IMG/VR virus record: IMGVR_UViG_3300020558_000217
Coordinates: 1-64,000 of that record
Direction: 5' to 3' (one strand)
Source of the DNA: a virus
Length of the DNA: 64,000 nucleotides
Below, piece after piece: positions 1-9,177 of the stretch (position 1 is the first letter of the stretch; the number at the start of each line of letters is the position of its first letter). The position numbers and the translations under genes are program-made. Below the pieces are notes generated by a model. It was not told where the DNA came from. It made no database searches and worked only from the letters and a program-made list of their open reading frames with translations.

Positions 1-24
1 AATTTCCTCTTAATAAATTTCTAA

Positions 25-1440
25 TTATTTATTGTCGTAATCTTTTGCAATTTTATCGCCATTATCGACATCTAAGTTGATTCTTTTTTGATCTGGATTA
101 ATAACTAAAACATTATCACCATAATCATAAACTTTTGTTTTGCCATCTTCAGCTCTAATTTTTTTATCGGCCATAGCTTTTTTGGCTTCGTCGATTACAT
201 TTTTGATAGTTGCCAATCTAGAAGTTTTTTCTTTAGAGGTTTTAGGATCAGCGCTCTTTCTACCAACGTATTCAATTGTCTTACGATCGCCTTTACGTGG
301 CATATTTTCAATTTGTTTACGTTCAGTTTCTTCTTTCATAGCATGTTTTTTGTGCGCTTTAGCATGACCGCGACTTATATTTGGTCTATGTAAATGCGAA
401 ACAGTATAATCAATATCATGTGGAACGCCAATCGTAGGTATACCAGCTACTTTTGGCTTTTCTTTTTCGCCCTTTGGTTCAGGAGGAGTTGGTGCTGCTG
501 ATGGTGGTGGTGTAGGAACTGGTAGTGGCAATGATTTTTCTTTTGGCTTATCTGCAGGCGCAGGAACAGGCGCAGGAACAGGTTTAGGTTCCTGTGGTTT
601 TGCCTTTATATCAATTGGTGGTAATTCAACAGGTTTTGTTGGTGTTTTTGTTTTAGCGGATTGTTCTTTTTGTCTTTCAAATTCGCTTTTGGTTTCGCCC
701 TTACTTGGCAGCAATCCACCAAAATCCGGATCAAGAACAAGACCTAATGTTGATGCAGCTCTACCACCAACAATTTTTCCTAGTTCGCTGGCATATCTAC
801 CAACTTTCGAAATTGTTCCTTCTGGAGGAGTTATTTTCGGAGCTTTAGTGGTAGTGGTTGTGACAGCAGTTGATGGTTTAACTTCGGGCGGTTCACCAAC
901 AGGCCCAAGTTTAATGTCTTTTTTGGGTTCTGCATAATCAGTAGTCATTTTGTTTAATTTTTCTATTTCTGCCTTTGAAGGAGCAGAAGTTGAAGATCTT
1001 TTAGCTTCTTCTAAAGAATCTTCAGTAACTTTATTATGCATAGTCATGCTACTCTTTTCTTTAGCAAGAGTACGCTGACGAGAAACGTTTTCTGGAGCCT
1101 GAGAATGACCTCCAGCACCAGCTGGTGGTTTAATATGAGGAGTCTGCGTTCTTACTGATTTAAACTGATTGCCTTTATAGTCATCAGTGCCAAGAATTCC
1201 AATGGCTTCGTCGGTTTTCTTTTTCTTACCATCTTCGGCATGAAGTTTGGGTTCACCACCAGTTCCGCTACCAATCAATCCACCAACATCTTCTTCTACT
1301 GGTTTGCTATCTTTGGCGCCATATGAAGATTCGTATTCTTTTGAGACAACCTTACGAATAGAATGTTCAAGGTTTTTCTTGTCGCCTTTGGCAGCTTTGC
1401 CTTCACGAATCTCTCTGATGATGTGTTCTAAACTTTTCAT
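25..1440 (-). CDS. Lys/Pro-rich hypothetical protein, probable head-internal protein
   Basis: Probable start MKSLEHIIRE at 1440, just after the dps stop; low complexity with recurring hydrophobic-x-E motifs. Confidence 0.5.
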   Translation of the reverse strand: MKSLEHIIREIREGKAAKGDKKNLEHSIRKVVSKEYESSYGAKDSKPVEEDVGGLIGSGTGGEPKLHAEDGKKKKTDEAIGILGTDDYKGNQFKSVRTQTPHIKPPAGAGGHSQAPENVSRQRTLAKEKSSMTMHNKVTEDSLEEAKRSSTSAPSKAEIEKLNKMTTDYAEPKKDIKLGPVGEPPEVKPSTAVTTTTTKAPKITPPEGTISKVGRYASELGKIVGGRAASTLGLVLDPDFGGLLPSKGETKSEFERQKEQSAKTKTPTKPVELPPIDIKAKPQEPKPVPAPVPAPADKPKEKSLPLPVPTPPPSAAPTPPEPKGEKEKPKVAGIPTIGVPHDIDYTVSHLHRPNISRGHAKAHKKHAMKEETERKQIENMPRKGDRKTIEYVGRKSADPKTSKEKTSRLATIKNVIDEAKKAMADKKIRAEDGKTKVYDYGDNVLVINPDQKRINLDVDNGDKIAKDYDNK

Positions 1441-1442
1441 TT

Positions 1443-1889
1443 TTATGCCTTTATGAACGATCTTAGCATCCAACCATGCTTCTGATGAGCAGTGATGCGG
1501 TCTTGTAACATATTTGAAACGCCATAGTGTTTATGTTTTTCGCATAGTTCATATGCAGCTGTAAGAGAAGCAATAACTCTTTCATTATCAGAAGCAAGTT
1601 TGCTAATCATAACTAAACCGTCAGGAATATTTGTTGCTTCTTCAATAGTTGTTAGCTCTAAAAACCTTTTCATTGATCCTGGAGCAAAAGCGTCTAGAGT
1701 TCTTATACCTTCAGCTATTAGATCAACAGCTTCTGATAATTCTTCATAGAGTTTTCCTAGAAATTTATGATACTCTGCAAAATGAGGACCAGTAACATTC
1801 CAATGATAACCTTGGACCTTAACACTGAAAACATAAGTGTCTGCCAATGCAACTTTAATTGCGTCATATGGTTCTATTTTACCGATCAT
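1443..1889 (-). CDS. dps: Dps family ferritin-like DNA protection protein
   Basis: HWNVTGPHFAEYHKFL...D.IAE.IR.L...H.K..WML signature, 148 aa. Confidence 0.92.
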   Translation of the reverse strand: MIGKIEPYDAIKVALADTYVFSVKVQGYHWNVTGPHFAEYHKFLGKLYEELSEAVDLIAEGIRTLDAFAPGSMKRFLELTTIEEATNIPDGLVMISKLASDNERVIASLTAAYELCEKHKHYGVSNMLQDRITAHQKHGWMLRSFIKA

Positions 1890-3649
1890 TTTTTCTTCTT
1901 TCCTGATTCCGATTCATCTTTTACGCTAGTAGTTGTTGGCTTGGAAACATATTTTTCACCAGCAACATTGGTCTGATATTCTTTTCCACCATAAGAAAAC
2001 TGTCCTCCAGCGCCGCCTTTTTCAGAACGAGCAGCTTGGAATGCTTGTCCACGTGAAAAGTACTCTGGTCTTGATGGTGGAGTTGGAGCATCTACTTTAG
2101 GTGCTGGTGGTTTTGGTGTATCATATTTCTGTGGTGTTAGTGTCTGTTTTTCGTAATCAGAAACCGAACGACCAGATGACTTATATGGATTATAACTCTT
2201 TAGTGTTTCTTGTCTTTTCTTTTCGTCCTCACCAGCGCCTGCAGGCGTTGGAGACATAACTGCCATCGCTGCAGTAGCTGCTGGACCGCCAGCTATTCTT
2301 GCTGCAGTTCCTAATCCTTTAGCAACTGTAGGTGCTGCCTTTGATACAACAGATGCTGCTTCTCTACCAGCAGATGTCATACCTTTTACAACTGGGCTGG
2401 TCTGTTTTGATGCAGCCATACCTTTACCAACATTTACACCGCCTTGTGAGAAAGATGTTCCTACTTTTGTTGGTGAAGCAGACATGCTACCACCACCTGA
2501 ACCCATTCTAGCTGATCCTGGTCTTGACCAGGATCTCTCAATAGAGGGCTGAACGCCAGAACTTACCCTGACATTAGGTCTAGCAGACATTGATCCACTT
2601 TGACCTGCCATTCTTCCACCTGTTCTACCAGATGTTTCTGTTGGTCTAGGTGCCTGTCTTTTTACACCAGGAACTTGCTGACCAACAACGGCAGGTGGCT
2701 GAACTGCTGGTGGCATTGCCATAGCAACTTCATAAATTCTTTCTTCACAATTCCACTTGCGTAGTGCCTTATTGATTCTTGAATCCGGATCGTTTGCTGT
2801 CTTGGCAGATGTTAGTCTCTTTTTCATTCCACCCATACGAGCACAGAATGACTTACGACGATTATATGCTTTACTGCCCTTCTTTAACTTTGAAGGTTTA
2901 GTTGTTACTGCTGTTTGTAACTTTGAGCCTGGATTTTCGCGACGATATGCCATAACGCCAGCTTTAGTTAATCCACCTTCTGGATTCTTATATTTTTTGT
3001 CCTGCCAATCTTCCTCTAGTTCGTCCATAGCATCAACAATCTCAATTGCTTCGCGAACCACTCTTTTGATAATTTGCCCAGGAGTTTGTTTTTTATAAAC
3101 ATCAACTAATTCATTAGAACCTACAAATCTTGATGCTGGATCGTTTGAATCTGTTGAATGCGCTTCGGCATCCTCTTCCTTTACAGGAACGCAATTAGGA
3201 ACCTTTTTACCGTTCTTCATCTTCATACCAATCTGTTGATAGCCCTTCCAACATGGATCAGAATCTTCGTTCTGAGACGCCTTTAGTGCGGCATCAGTTG
3301 GAGCACCCTTACTGCCTGGTTTACGCATGCGCTCACCGGAGCCAGCTTTAATTCTAGCACGTTTTGCATGGATATTATCCCAGAGGCCACGTTTTTCGTT
3401 TACTAAATCTTCGTCTAACATTTCAGCAAAACCTCCAGAGATAAATGAATTTACGCGATCAAATGCGAACGAATCTGGATTACCACCAAATGATTCGCTC
3501 CAGCATTGATAGCCTCTACGATATACTTCTTCTAGTATATCGACCGAATAACCTGAATTTTGGGATTTTTTATAAAGAGATAATTTGGCCTTGTCAGTGA
3601 GTACGACAGACTCGCCTAGCTGAGTTTCAAATGAATTAAACTTTTTCAT
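1886..3649 (-). CDS. Modular basic protein of T4-like phages, probably virion-internal
   Basis: Short modules typical of T4-like aquatic phages: EVYRRG..FDRVNSFI, GLWDNIHAKR, PCWKGY..VPNCVP, NPEGGL..RRKSFCARM..ALRKWNC. Confidence 0.6.
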   Translation of the reverse strand: MKKFNSFETQLGESVVLTDKAKLSLYKKSQNSGYSVDILEEVYRRGYQCWSESFGGNPDSFAFDRVNSFISGGFAEMLDEDLVNEKRGLWDNIHAKRARIKAGSGERMRKPGSKGAPTDAALKASQNEDSDPCWKGYQQIGMKMKNGKKVPNCVPVKEEDAEAHSTDSNDPASRFVGSNELVDVYKKQTPGQIIKRVVREAIEIVDAMDELEEDWQDKKYKNPEGGLTKAGVMAYRRENPGSKLQTAVTTKPSKLKKGSKAYNRRKSFCARMGGMKKRLTSAKTANDPDSRINKALRKWNCEERIYEVAMAMPPAVQPPAVVGQQVPGVKRQAPRPTETSGRTGGRMAGQSGSMSARPNVRVSSGVQPSIERSWSRPGSARMGSGGGSMSASPTKVGTSFSQGGVNVGKGMAASKQTSPVVKGMTSAGREAASVVSKAAPTVAKGLGTAARIAGGPAATAAMAVMSPTPAGAGEDEKKRQETLKSYNPYKSSGRSVSDYEKQTLTPQKYDTPKPPAPKVDAPTPPSRPEYFSRGQAFQAARSEKGGAGGQFSYGGKEYQTNVAGEKYVSKPTTTSVKDESESGKKKK

Positions 3650-3719
3650 ATGGAGTTTCCCTTGGGCTTTCCAATTATATGCGAGGTCTGGCGTACCCTT
3701 TTTACTCGCACTGACGTTT

Positions 3720-3727
3720 TATTTATA
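3720..3727 (-). promoter_or_regulatory. T4-type late promoter TATAAATA
   Basis: Exact TATAAATA on minus strand upstream of the ORF starting at 3649. Confidence 0.75.
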
Positions 3728-3734
3728 AAAGATC

Positions 3735-5048
3735 TTATCTTGAGATTTCTTCCCAATCCAGCGATGCGTATATATCAGCACCGGCGATATCTGATGCAGC
3801 GACTAATGTAAGCTCATAAGGACTAGAAGTTAGACCATTTCTTTCTAATTGAAACTTGAATAGTGCTTCTTTTAAAATGTCTACAGGCGTAGAACCCTGA
3901 TTAGAACCATTAGTCCATCCGGAAGCCAAAATTCTACCACCAGCGAAACTTGTGCCTGTAATATTATATTCAACAGCAGAATCGTCTCCTGCAGAAACCC
4001 ATGTTCCGCCTGTAGTTGCACCAGAAGCTACTACTCTCCAATTATAATTAGCATTGTTGGTTATTCCTAGTAATGATATAGCGGTAAGAATAATAATAGC
4101 ATCAAGTCTATCAGGAGAGACTTTTAGTCTTATCGAAACGACAGGATAATAAGTGTTGACTACAGTTAAATCTCTTGGAGCGCCAATAGCTGTTCCAACT
4201 GCTTGTTGGACACCTCTTAGTTCATATCCGCCTTCTGAAATTACAGAAGAACATACCTGTTTCAACGTTGTATTGCTTGCAGTTACGCCTGTGTTTTTAA
4301 TTTCATATCTCAAAGGAAGAGATGCAGTGGTCATATATGTTGTGGTAATAAAATTAGCATGATGAAATGAATGGCAGTGAATGAATTTACCGTCAATAAC
4401 GAAACCACATCTTACTGTACCTAGACCAAGCCATTCAATATCAATGAACATAATTTGGGCTTTGGTTAAATCCAAAGTTATGCCAGATGGACTTGAAGCG
4501 ACCTGACCCAACAGAGTGTCCATATTCCAATCAGACTGTGCTACTCTTGTTTCTTGCATTACTCCTGATGATAAAGACCTTTCAACCAAATATGCTGTAT
4601 TACCTGCCACCTCAAGATAAATGCCATTGTTAGCGCCATAATATCCTACACGCTGACGAACATTTGTTTTTGGCTGCATGACAAATGTTTGCAGAATTTG
4701 TAATGATTTGCCAGGTTGATAAGAGAAAACTTTAGTTGTTTCACGAATAATCTCAGCATTGTTGGCCGTTGTTAAATTAAGGTTTATTAGACCTTCGTTA
4801 TTAGAAAAGGCATAAGTTGCACCAGCAGTATTTGAAGTAGACCATAAATTATTATCGCGATAACGATGAGAAGAATCAAAAAGCGTTAGAGGAGTTGAAA
4901 CTCTGGCTCTTCCAAAAGCATCAACTGCAACTCCAGAAGGATTAGCAGCGCCAACCATATTTCCATATTGGTCAGCAATTTGCACAACTTCAAATAAAGT
5001 TTTATTGTCGCTTAAAAACTGATGTGTGTCTTTACGAAACTGTGCCAT
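3735..5048 (-). CDS. Beta-rich hypothetical phage protein, possibly structural
   Basis: 437 aa ORF, DAFGRARVSTPLTLFDSSHRY motif, S/T/N/G-rich. Confidence 0.5.
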   Translation of the reverse strand: MAQFRKDTHQFLSDNKTLFEVVQIADQYGNMVGAANPSGVAVDAFGRARVSTPLTLFDSSHRYRDNNLWSTSNTAGATYAFSNNEGLINLNLTTANNAEIIRETTKVFSYQPGKSLQILQTFVMQPKTNVRQRVGYYGANNGIYLEVAGNTAYLVERSLSSGVMQETRVAQSDWNMDTLLGQVASSPSGITLDLTKAQIMFIDIEWLGLGTVRCGFVIDGKFIHCHSFHHANFITTTYMTTASLPLRYEIKNTGVTASNTTLKQVCSSVISEGGYELRGVQQAVGTAIGAPRDLTVVNTYYPVVSIRLKVSPDRLDAIIILTAISLLGITNNANYNWRVVASGATTGGTWVSAGDDSAVEYNITGTSFAGGRILASGWTNGSNQGSTPVDILKEALFKFQLERNGLTSSPYELTLVAASDIAGADIYASLDWEEISR

Positions 5049-5956
5049 TACTTTTTCTTTCTGGTCTTTAGTGGATCGCCGTTAGGATCCGCTTCATAGT
5101 AAGATAGGGTTTTATCTCTAAAATTCATCTTATCTGGATCAAACGCCTTAAAACCTAACATCTTAGCCAAAGGATTTTCTGATTGTTTGATGCTATTTTT
5201 TAAATTGCCACGAAAAAACGTTGCATCAACATCATTAGTTGTAACAGAACTATCGACCGCTGGATCACCAGTAACATATCCAAACCCTCTGGCATCAGCA
5301 GTTGTTACTTGTTCTTTTAATTTCTTTGGCTTGGTTGGTTTTGCAGGTGCTTGTGCATTACGAATATCATTCATAAGAGAAGCTGCTTGTTCGTCTGACA
5401 TACGACTTGGCGCTCCTGCTCTGAAGTTCTCAAAATTACCAGAGCGAGCATGTTTTCTTTGACTTGTGCCCGAAACACCTTCAATGCCTTCAGCGTCCGG
5501 ATCTCTACCGCCAGCAGAATGAACAGAAATATTATCAAAATTAAAATAGCCATGTGTTCCTTCTTGACCATTGTATTTTGATAACAGCTGTTGAAACTGA
5601 TCTACTCTATCTTGACCAACAACTAGATGAAGGTTCTTTACGCCTTTTTTGTGTAAATCTGATGCATGATATAATAGACTTGGCGATTCAGGAGAAGAAG
5701 TTGAAACATTTGAGCCAGGAAAAGCTAATTTAGCATGTCTTAGTTTCTGCTCAGCAGTCAATGGGTTTTTATCGCCATCAAAGGAATGTGATAATACTAT
5801 ACTATGACCAGCATCGAAGTTCTTAGCAAGATCCATAACATGATTGACAACACGTTCATGGCCAATCGTTGGAGGATTGGCTCTCATGAATGTCATGACA
5901 TGAGTTGCTTTATCAGCTTCTGCTAGAAAGTAATTACTGAAGTTGAGCTTCTGCAT
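5048..5956 (-). CDS. Cytidylyltransferase-like (HxGH superfamily) nucleotidyltransferase
   Basis: RANPPTIGH, KNPL, VVGQDR, SAGGRDPD, GVSGT motifs. Confidence 0.8.
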   Translation of the reverse strand: MQKLNFSNYFLAEADKATHVMTFMRANPPTIGHERVVNHVMDLAKNFDAGHSIVLSHSFDGDKNPLTAEQKLRHAKLAFPGSNVSTSSPESPSLLYHASDLHKKGVKNLHLVVGQDRVDQFQQLLSKYNGQEGTHGYFNFDNISVHSAGGRDPDAEGIEGVSGTSQRKHARSGNFENFRAGAPSRMSDEQAASLMNDIRNAQAPAKPTKPKKLKEQVTTADARGFGYVTGDPAVDSSVTTNDVDATFFRGNLKNSIKQSENPLAKMLGFKAFDPDKMNFRDKTLSYYEADPNGDPLKTRKKK

Positions 5957-7160
5957 TTGCTACCTGCTGTTTTTGGAATGCGCCCTTCAAGAAATTTAGG
6001 CGATTAAATTCTCTTCTATTGTTGAACTTTGAAGCGTTGCCTTTTTTGTCGACAACAACTGTTCCTTCTGGACCAGTATGCTCACCAGCAACACTATGTT
6101 CATATGGAACATTTTTAGCCAGAACATTAGTCAATACATTTTTAGCACTTTGTAAATGATTATGAAGCTGTAACGCTCTATCAAAGTGTTCTCTATTGTT
6201 ACTAATATGAGAAAGCACTTCGCCATGAGCTTGAATCTTTTTCTGCTTAGAAGCGTCTGTCTTAACTTTGTCTAGATCTTTCTGATGACGAGCAGTCAAA
6301 TGATCCATATAACCTTGAACTGAAGGTTCACCGCCAGTTCTAATCATACTATTGACATGTGCTTCTAAATTTTCTCCATGTCCATCCAATGCTTCCAATG
6401 CTTCTGGTTTCATAGAAGAATAGATTCTCTTAGCTTTGTCCATATGATTTAAGAATGCTTTTTGTTCTTCTGGACTATAGTTGGAAGAATTGACATCAAT
6501 TGTCGGATCTATATTATTAACATCTGGATGTTCTTTAAACTTAGCACGTGTTTTAGCATCAAGTGGTTGCGCAGACATACTCCCTAAACCGCCTTTACCG
6601 GCATATTTTGTATGAACAACAACACCAAGTTTCTTATTCATATTTCTACCCTCTGCAGAATCTGCAGGAGCTGAGTATGTTAAGGTATTAGGAGTAACAG
6701 AAGTTTTACCATTTTTAGTAACTGCGTCGCCTTCTGTATGCATTAAATCTCCCTGATATACACCACCTTCGCGTGGCATAATATTAGGAAGATGTTTTAG
6801 AGATTGTTTTAGTTTTTCAACTAATCCTGGAGCATGGCCATGATTGTTTTCAATGTCTTCATCTGTATAATTAATTTTTGGGGTTTTATTGAAAGCCGAT
6901 TTAGAAGCTACGAAAAATTGGCCAGTTTCAGGATGTTGACCAAATACAATAGAAGGAGCTCCATCATATTTTGTAGAAGCATGTAAACTTGATTTCTTAC
7001 CAAGTAACATATCATGCATACCACGGAGATGCTCATCTGCAGTTGCTACGCCTTCGTGACCTCCATGAATGACATAATCTTCAATGTGTCGAAGGTGTTT
7101 TAATGCTTTGCCTTTTACTTCTTCTTGTTCTGCTAAAAATGTTTTAAAATCTATTCTCAT
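5934..7160 (-). CDS. Conserved T4-like protein with ligase-like KxDG motif
   Basis: HLRHIED, TKYDGAPSIVFG, FFVASKSAFNK, YQGDLM, EGTVV. Confidence 0.6.
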   Translation of the reverse strand: MRIDFKTFLAEQEEVKGKALKHLRHIEDYVIHGGHEGVATADEHLRGMHDMLLGKKSSLHASTKYDGAPSIVFGQHPETGQFFVASKSAFNKTPKINYTDEDIENNHGHAPGLVEKLKQSLKHLPNIMPREGGVYQGDLMHTEGDAVTKNGKTSVTPNTLTYSAPADSAEGRNMNKKLGVVVHTKYAGKGGLGSMSAQPLDAKTRAKFKEHPDVNNIDPTIDVNSSNYSPEEQKAFLNHMDKAKRIYSSMKPEALEALDGHGENLEAHVNSMIRTGGEPSVQGYMDHLTARHQKDLDKVKTDASKQKKIQAHGEVLSHISNNREHFDRALQLHNHLQSAKNVLTNVLAKNVPYEHSVAGEHTGPEGTVVVDKKGNASKFNNRREFNRLNFLKGAFQKQQVANAEAQLQ

Positions 7161-8431
7161 ATTCCTGAATCCTGATATCCCATGTGAGAACTTCTATCTA
7201 CGTATGCCTGATAATGTTTAGGAGGAACGTTTTGGCTTGGTCCTTCGCCCCTTACTACTCCAAACTCTCCGGTGTTTACATTTGCCGCTGCAGGTTTAGG
7301 AGTTTTTTTAACTTTAGTTGGCGCTGCTTTTATTTCTGGAGTTGTAGATTTACTTGTTTTGGTTTTTCTACCTTCTCTCAACATAGGAGCTTTGGTGAAA
7401 GAGTTGAACCCTCTACCAGAAAATGTTCTGGTCTTTTTCATGCCAATTTCCATGGCCTTTTCAAAGCCATCAGAGCCTCTTCTTCTGCCCTCTATTACCG
7501 TAGATATTCCGCCTGTGTGAGGTCTCACTCTAAACTCTTCAAAGTTATTTAACACATTATTTGCATGATCTTGAATATCATGAGTCTCGTGATTGACTGT
7601 GCCATTATTATTAACTTGTGTGTGATGTCTTATATGAAGATATTTTGTTTCTGGTGAGATAATATTTTTTATAGATTCTCTTAATTTATCCGAAGAATGT
7701 TTAGCGAGTCCTTCAGTGAATCTTCTGGACATTTCTTTTTGTGTGTTTAATGAGTGTTCATCAATAGAGGCTGCAGTTGGATGATTCTCTTTAGCTAAAC
7801 TTTTATACTCAGCGTCACCTGCTTTACCAGTAGCCAAACCAAGATTTCTAATATGATCGTAATGAGATTCTCTTAAACCTTCAAGATCACCTTTTTTAAG
7901 ACCAGCAATTTTTTCCAGAGCATCTAGACCATTACCTCTTAAGTTTGGATCTTTTTGCTTACCATACTTCATACTAAGACCAATTGGGTCTAGCATCTTA
8001 CCGCCTTGGTCCGAACCTTTTACCATTAAGTCAGCGTCTGAATTGGGATCATCAACACCAGTAAATCTCTCATGATCGCCTTTTTGAGAAGTCCAAGCTA
8101 AATGATGGACGTTTTGGACGCCCCTATTTGCTAATTGCTCTTTTAAATGTTCAGCTGCTTGTTGAGAATGTTTGACAACGTCTTCATACATTCCAGGGGA
8201 TAATTTTTCTAATGCTGTTTTAATTTTGTTATGAACTTCTTGAGGTCTGAAGCCGTCTTCGTCTCTATAATGCTCTAGGAACTTTTTGGGCATTCCTGTT
8301 TGAGGATGAGATCCATGTAAAAGATAAGAACCTGCTAAAATTTCAAAGAGTTTGCCCTTAGCATCTTCAGTGTTTTTTAGTTCAAATTCAGCTTTTCTTC
8401 CTTCAGTCAGGAAATTAGAGAATGATATCAT
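7157..8431 (-). CDS. Putative PD-(D/E)xK-fold nuclease-like protein
   Basis: GKLFEIL...SDADLMV...IGLSMK pattern; N-terminus MISFSNFLTE. Confidence 0.45.
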   Translation of the reverse strand: MISFSNFLTEGRKAEFELKNTEDAKGKLFEILAGSYLLHGSHPQTGMPKKFLEHYRDEDGFRPQEVHNKIKTALEKLSPGMYEDVVKHSQQAAEHLKEQLANRGVQNVHHLAWTSQKGDHERFTGVDDPNSDADLMVKGSDQGGKMLDPIGLSMKYGKQKDPNLRGNGLDALEKIAGLKKGDLEGLRESHYDHIRNLGLATGKAGDAEYKSLAKENHPTAASIDEHSLNTQKEMSRRFTEGLAKHSSDKLRESIKNIISPETKYLHIRHHTQVNNNGTVNHETHDIQDHANNVLNNFEEFRVRPHTGGISTVIEGRRRGSDGFEKAMEIGMKKTRTFSGRGFNSFTKAPMLREGRKTKTSKSTTPEIKAAPTKVKKTPKPAAANVNTGEFGVVRGEGPSQNVPPKHYQAYVDRSSHMGYQDSGI

Positions 8432-8461
8432 TGTTGACCTCGTATGAAGAATTATTTCTTG

Positions 8462-8469
8462 TATTTATA
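8462..8469 (-). promoter_or_regulatory. T4-type late promoter TATAAATA
   Basis: Exact motif about 30 nt upstream of the ORF starting at 8431. Confidence 0.75.
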
Positions 8470-8474
8470 AATGC

Positions 8475-8502
8475 AAAAAGGGCGAGCCTTTCGACTCGCC
8501 CC
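8475..8502 (-). terminator. Rho-independent terminator
   Basis: Minus strand GGGCGAGTC-GAAA-GGCTCGCCC followed by TTTTT. Confidence 0.85.
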
Positions 8503-8509
8503 GAATTTC

Positions 8510-8625
8510 TTCTAGCAACAATATGGTCTGGCGGAACCCCACCGTTTTCTCCAGACTATTCCGTGGCCCTTTCTTTGTTAGGCTCGTGCCGCTTCCACTA
8601 TGTGGACAACATATTTTTGCTAACA
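8510..8625 (-). ncRNA. Candidate structured small RNA
   Basis: Closing stem 8610-8622/8513-8525, internal hairpins, CTAAATA upstream and terminator downstream. Confidence 0.45.
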
Positions 8626-8798
8626 TTATTTAGTATAAACGATGGTGTAAAACCCGCGAAACCACCACCTAAATTCAAAAATTTCATAACTTTTTTTGCT
8701 TCTTCACGAGTATCAAAGGTTTTAATAATGTGTTCAGTAGCCTTTTCTTCAATATGAAACTTACCATCTTTTTCAATGATTTTATAGTCAAGCGCCAT
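8598..8798 (-). CDS. Small hypothetical phage protein
   Basis: Start MALDYK after AGGAG; LNLGGGFAGFTPSF motif. Confidence 0.6.
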   Translation of the reverse strand: MALDYKIIEKDGKFHIEEKATEHIIKTFDTREEAKKVMKFLNLGGGFAGFTPSFILNNVSKNMLST

Positions 8799-8973
8799 GA
8801 TTAATCTCCTTGATACATTTACGAATTTCACCCAAGATAAGTTCTTTACAATAAGAACACTCCGGAGTCCAAGCAAGCATATTCAGAACTTGTTGTTCAT
8901 TTGGTTCTGTAGCACAGTTTAGAACAGCCTTTATATCTGCTGTATCTATGTAGTTACAGGAACAAACTATCAT
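8788..8973 (-). CDS. Bfd-like [2Fe-2S] ferredoxin
   Basis: MIVCSCN...CSYC pattern, 61 aa. Confidence 0.7.
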   Translation of the reverse strand: MIVCSCNYIDTADIKAVLNCATEPNEQQVLNMLAWTPECSYCKELILGEIRKCIKEINHGA

Positions 8974-9177
8974 TTATTCTCCTTGTCGTTGCGCCGAAGC
9001 CCGATGGTAATATCTTTCAAAGATATGCAGCCTATCCTCTTCGGAATAACTATCAGGAATTGGTACTCCTTTAACTAACATCCATATTTCCTCTGCCATC
9101 ATTAATCTAAACTTCTTATCACTTAAATCCTTCGAACTTGCTTCGATCAAACCTTGATTTTGGCCTTCCACGTTCAT
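8974..9177 (-). CDS. Small hypothetical protein (true start probably further downstream)
   Basis: ORF fills the gap between gp41 and the bfd-like gene. Confidence 0.4.
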   Translation of the reverse strand: MNVEGQNQGLIEASSKDLSDKKFRLMMAEEIWMLVKGVPIPDSYSEEDRLHIFERYYHRASAQRQGE

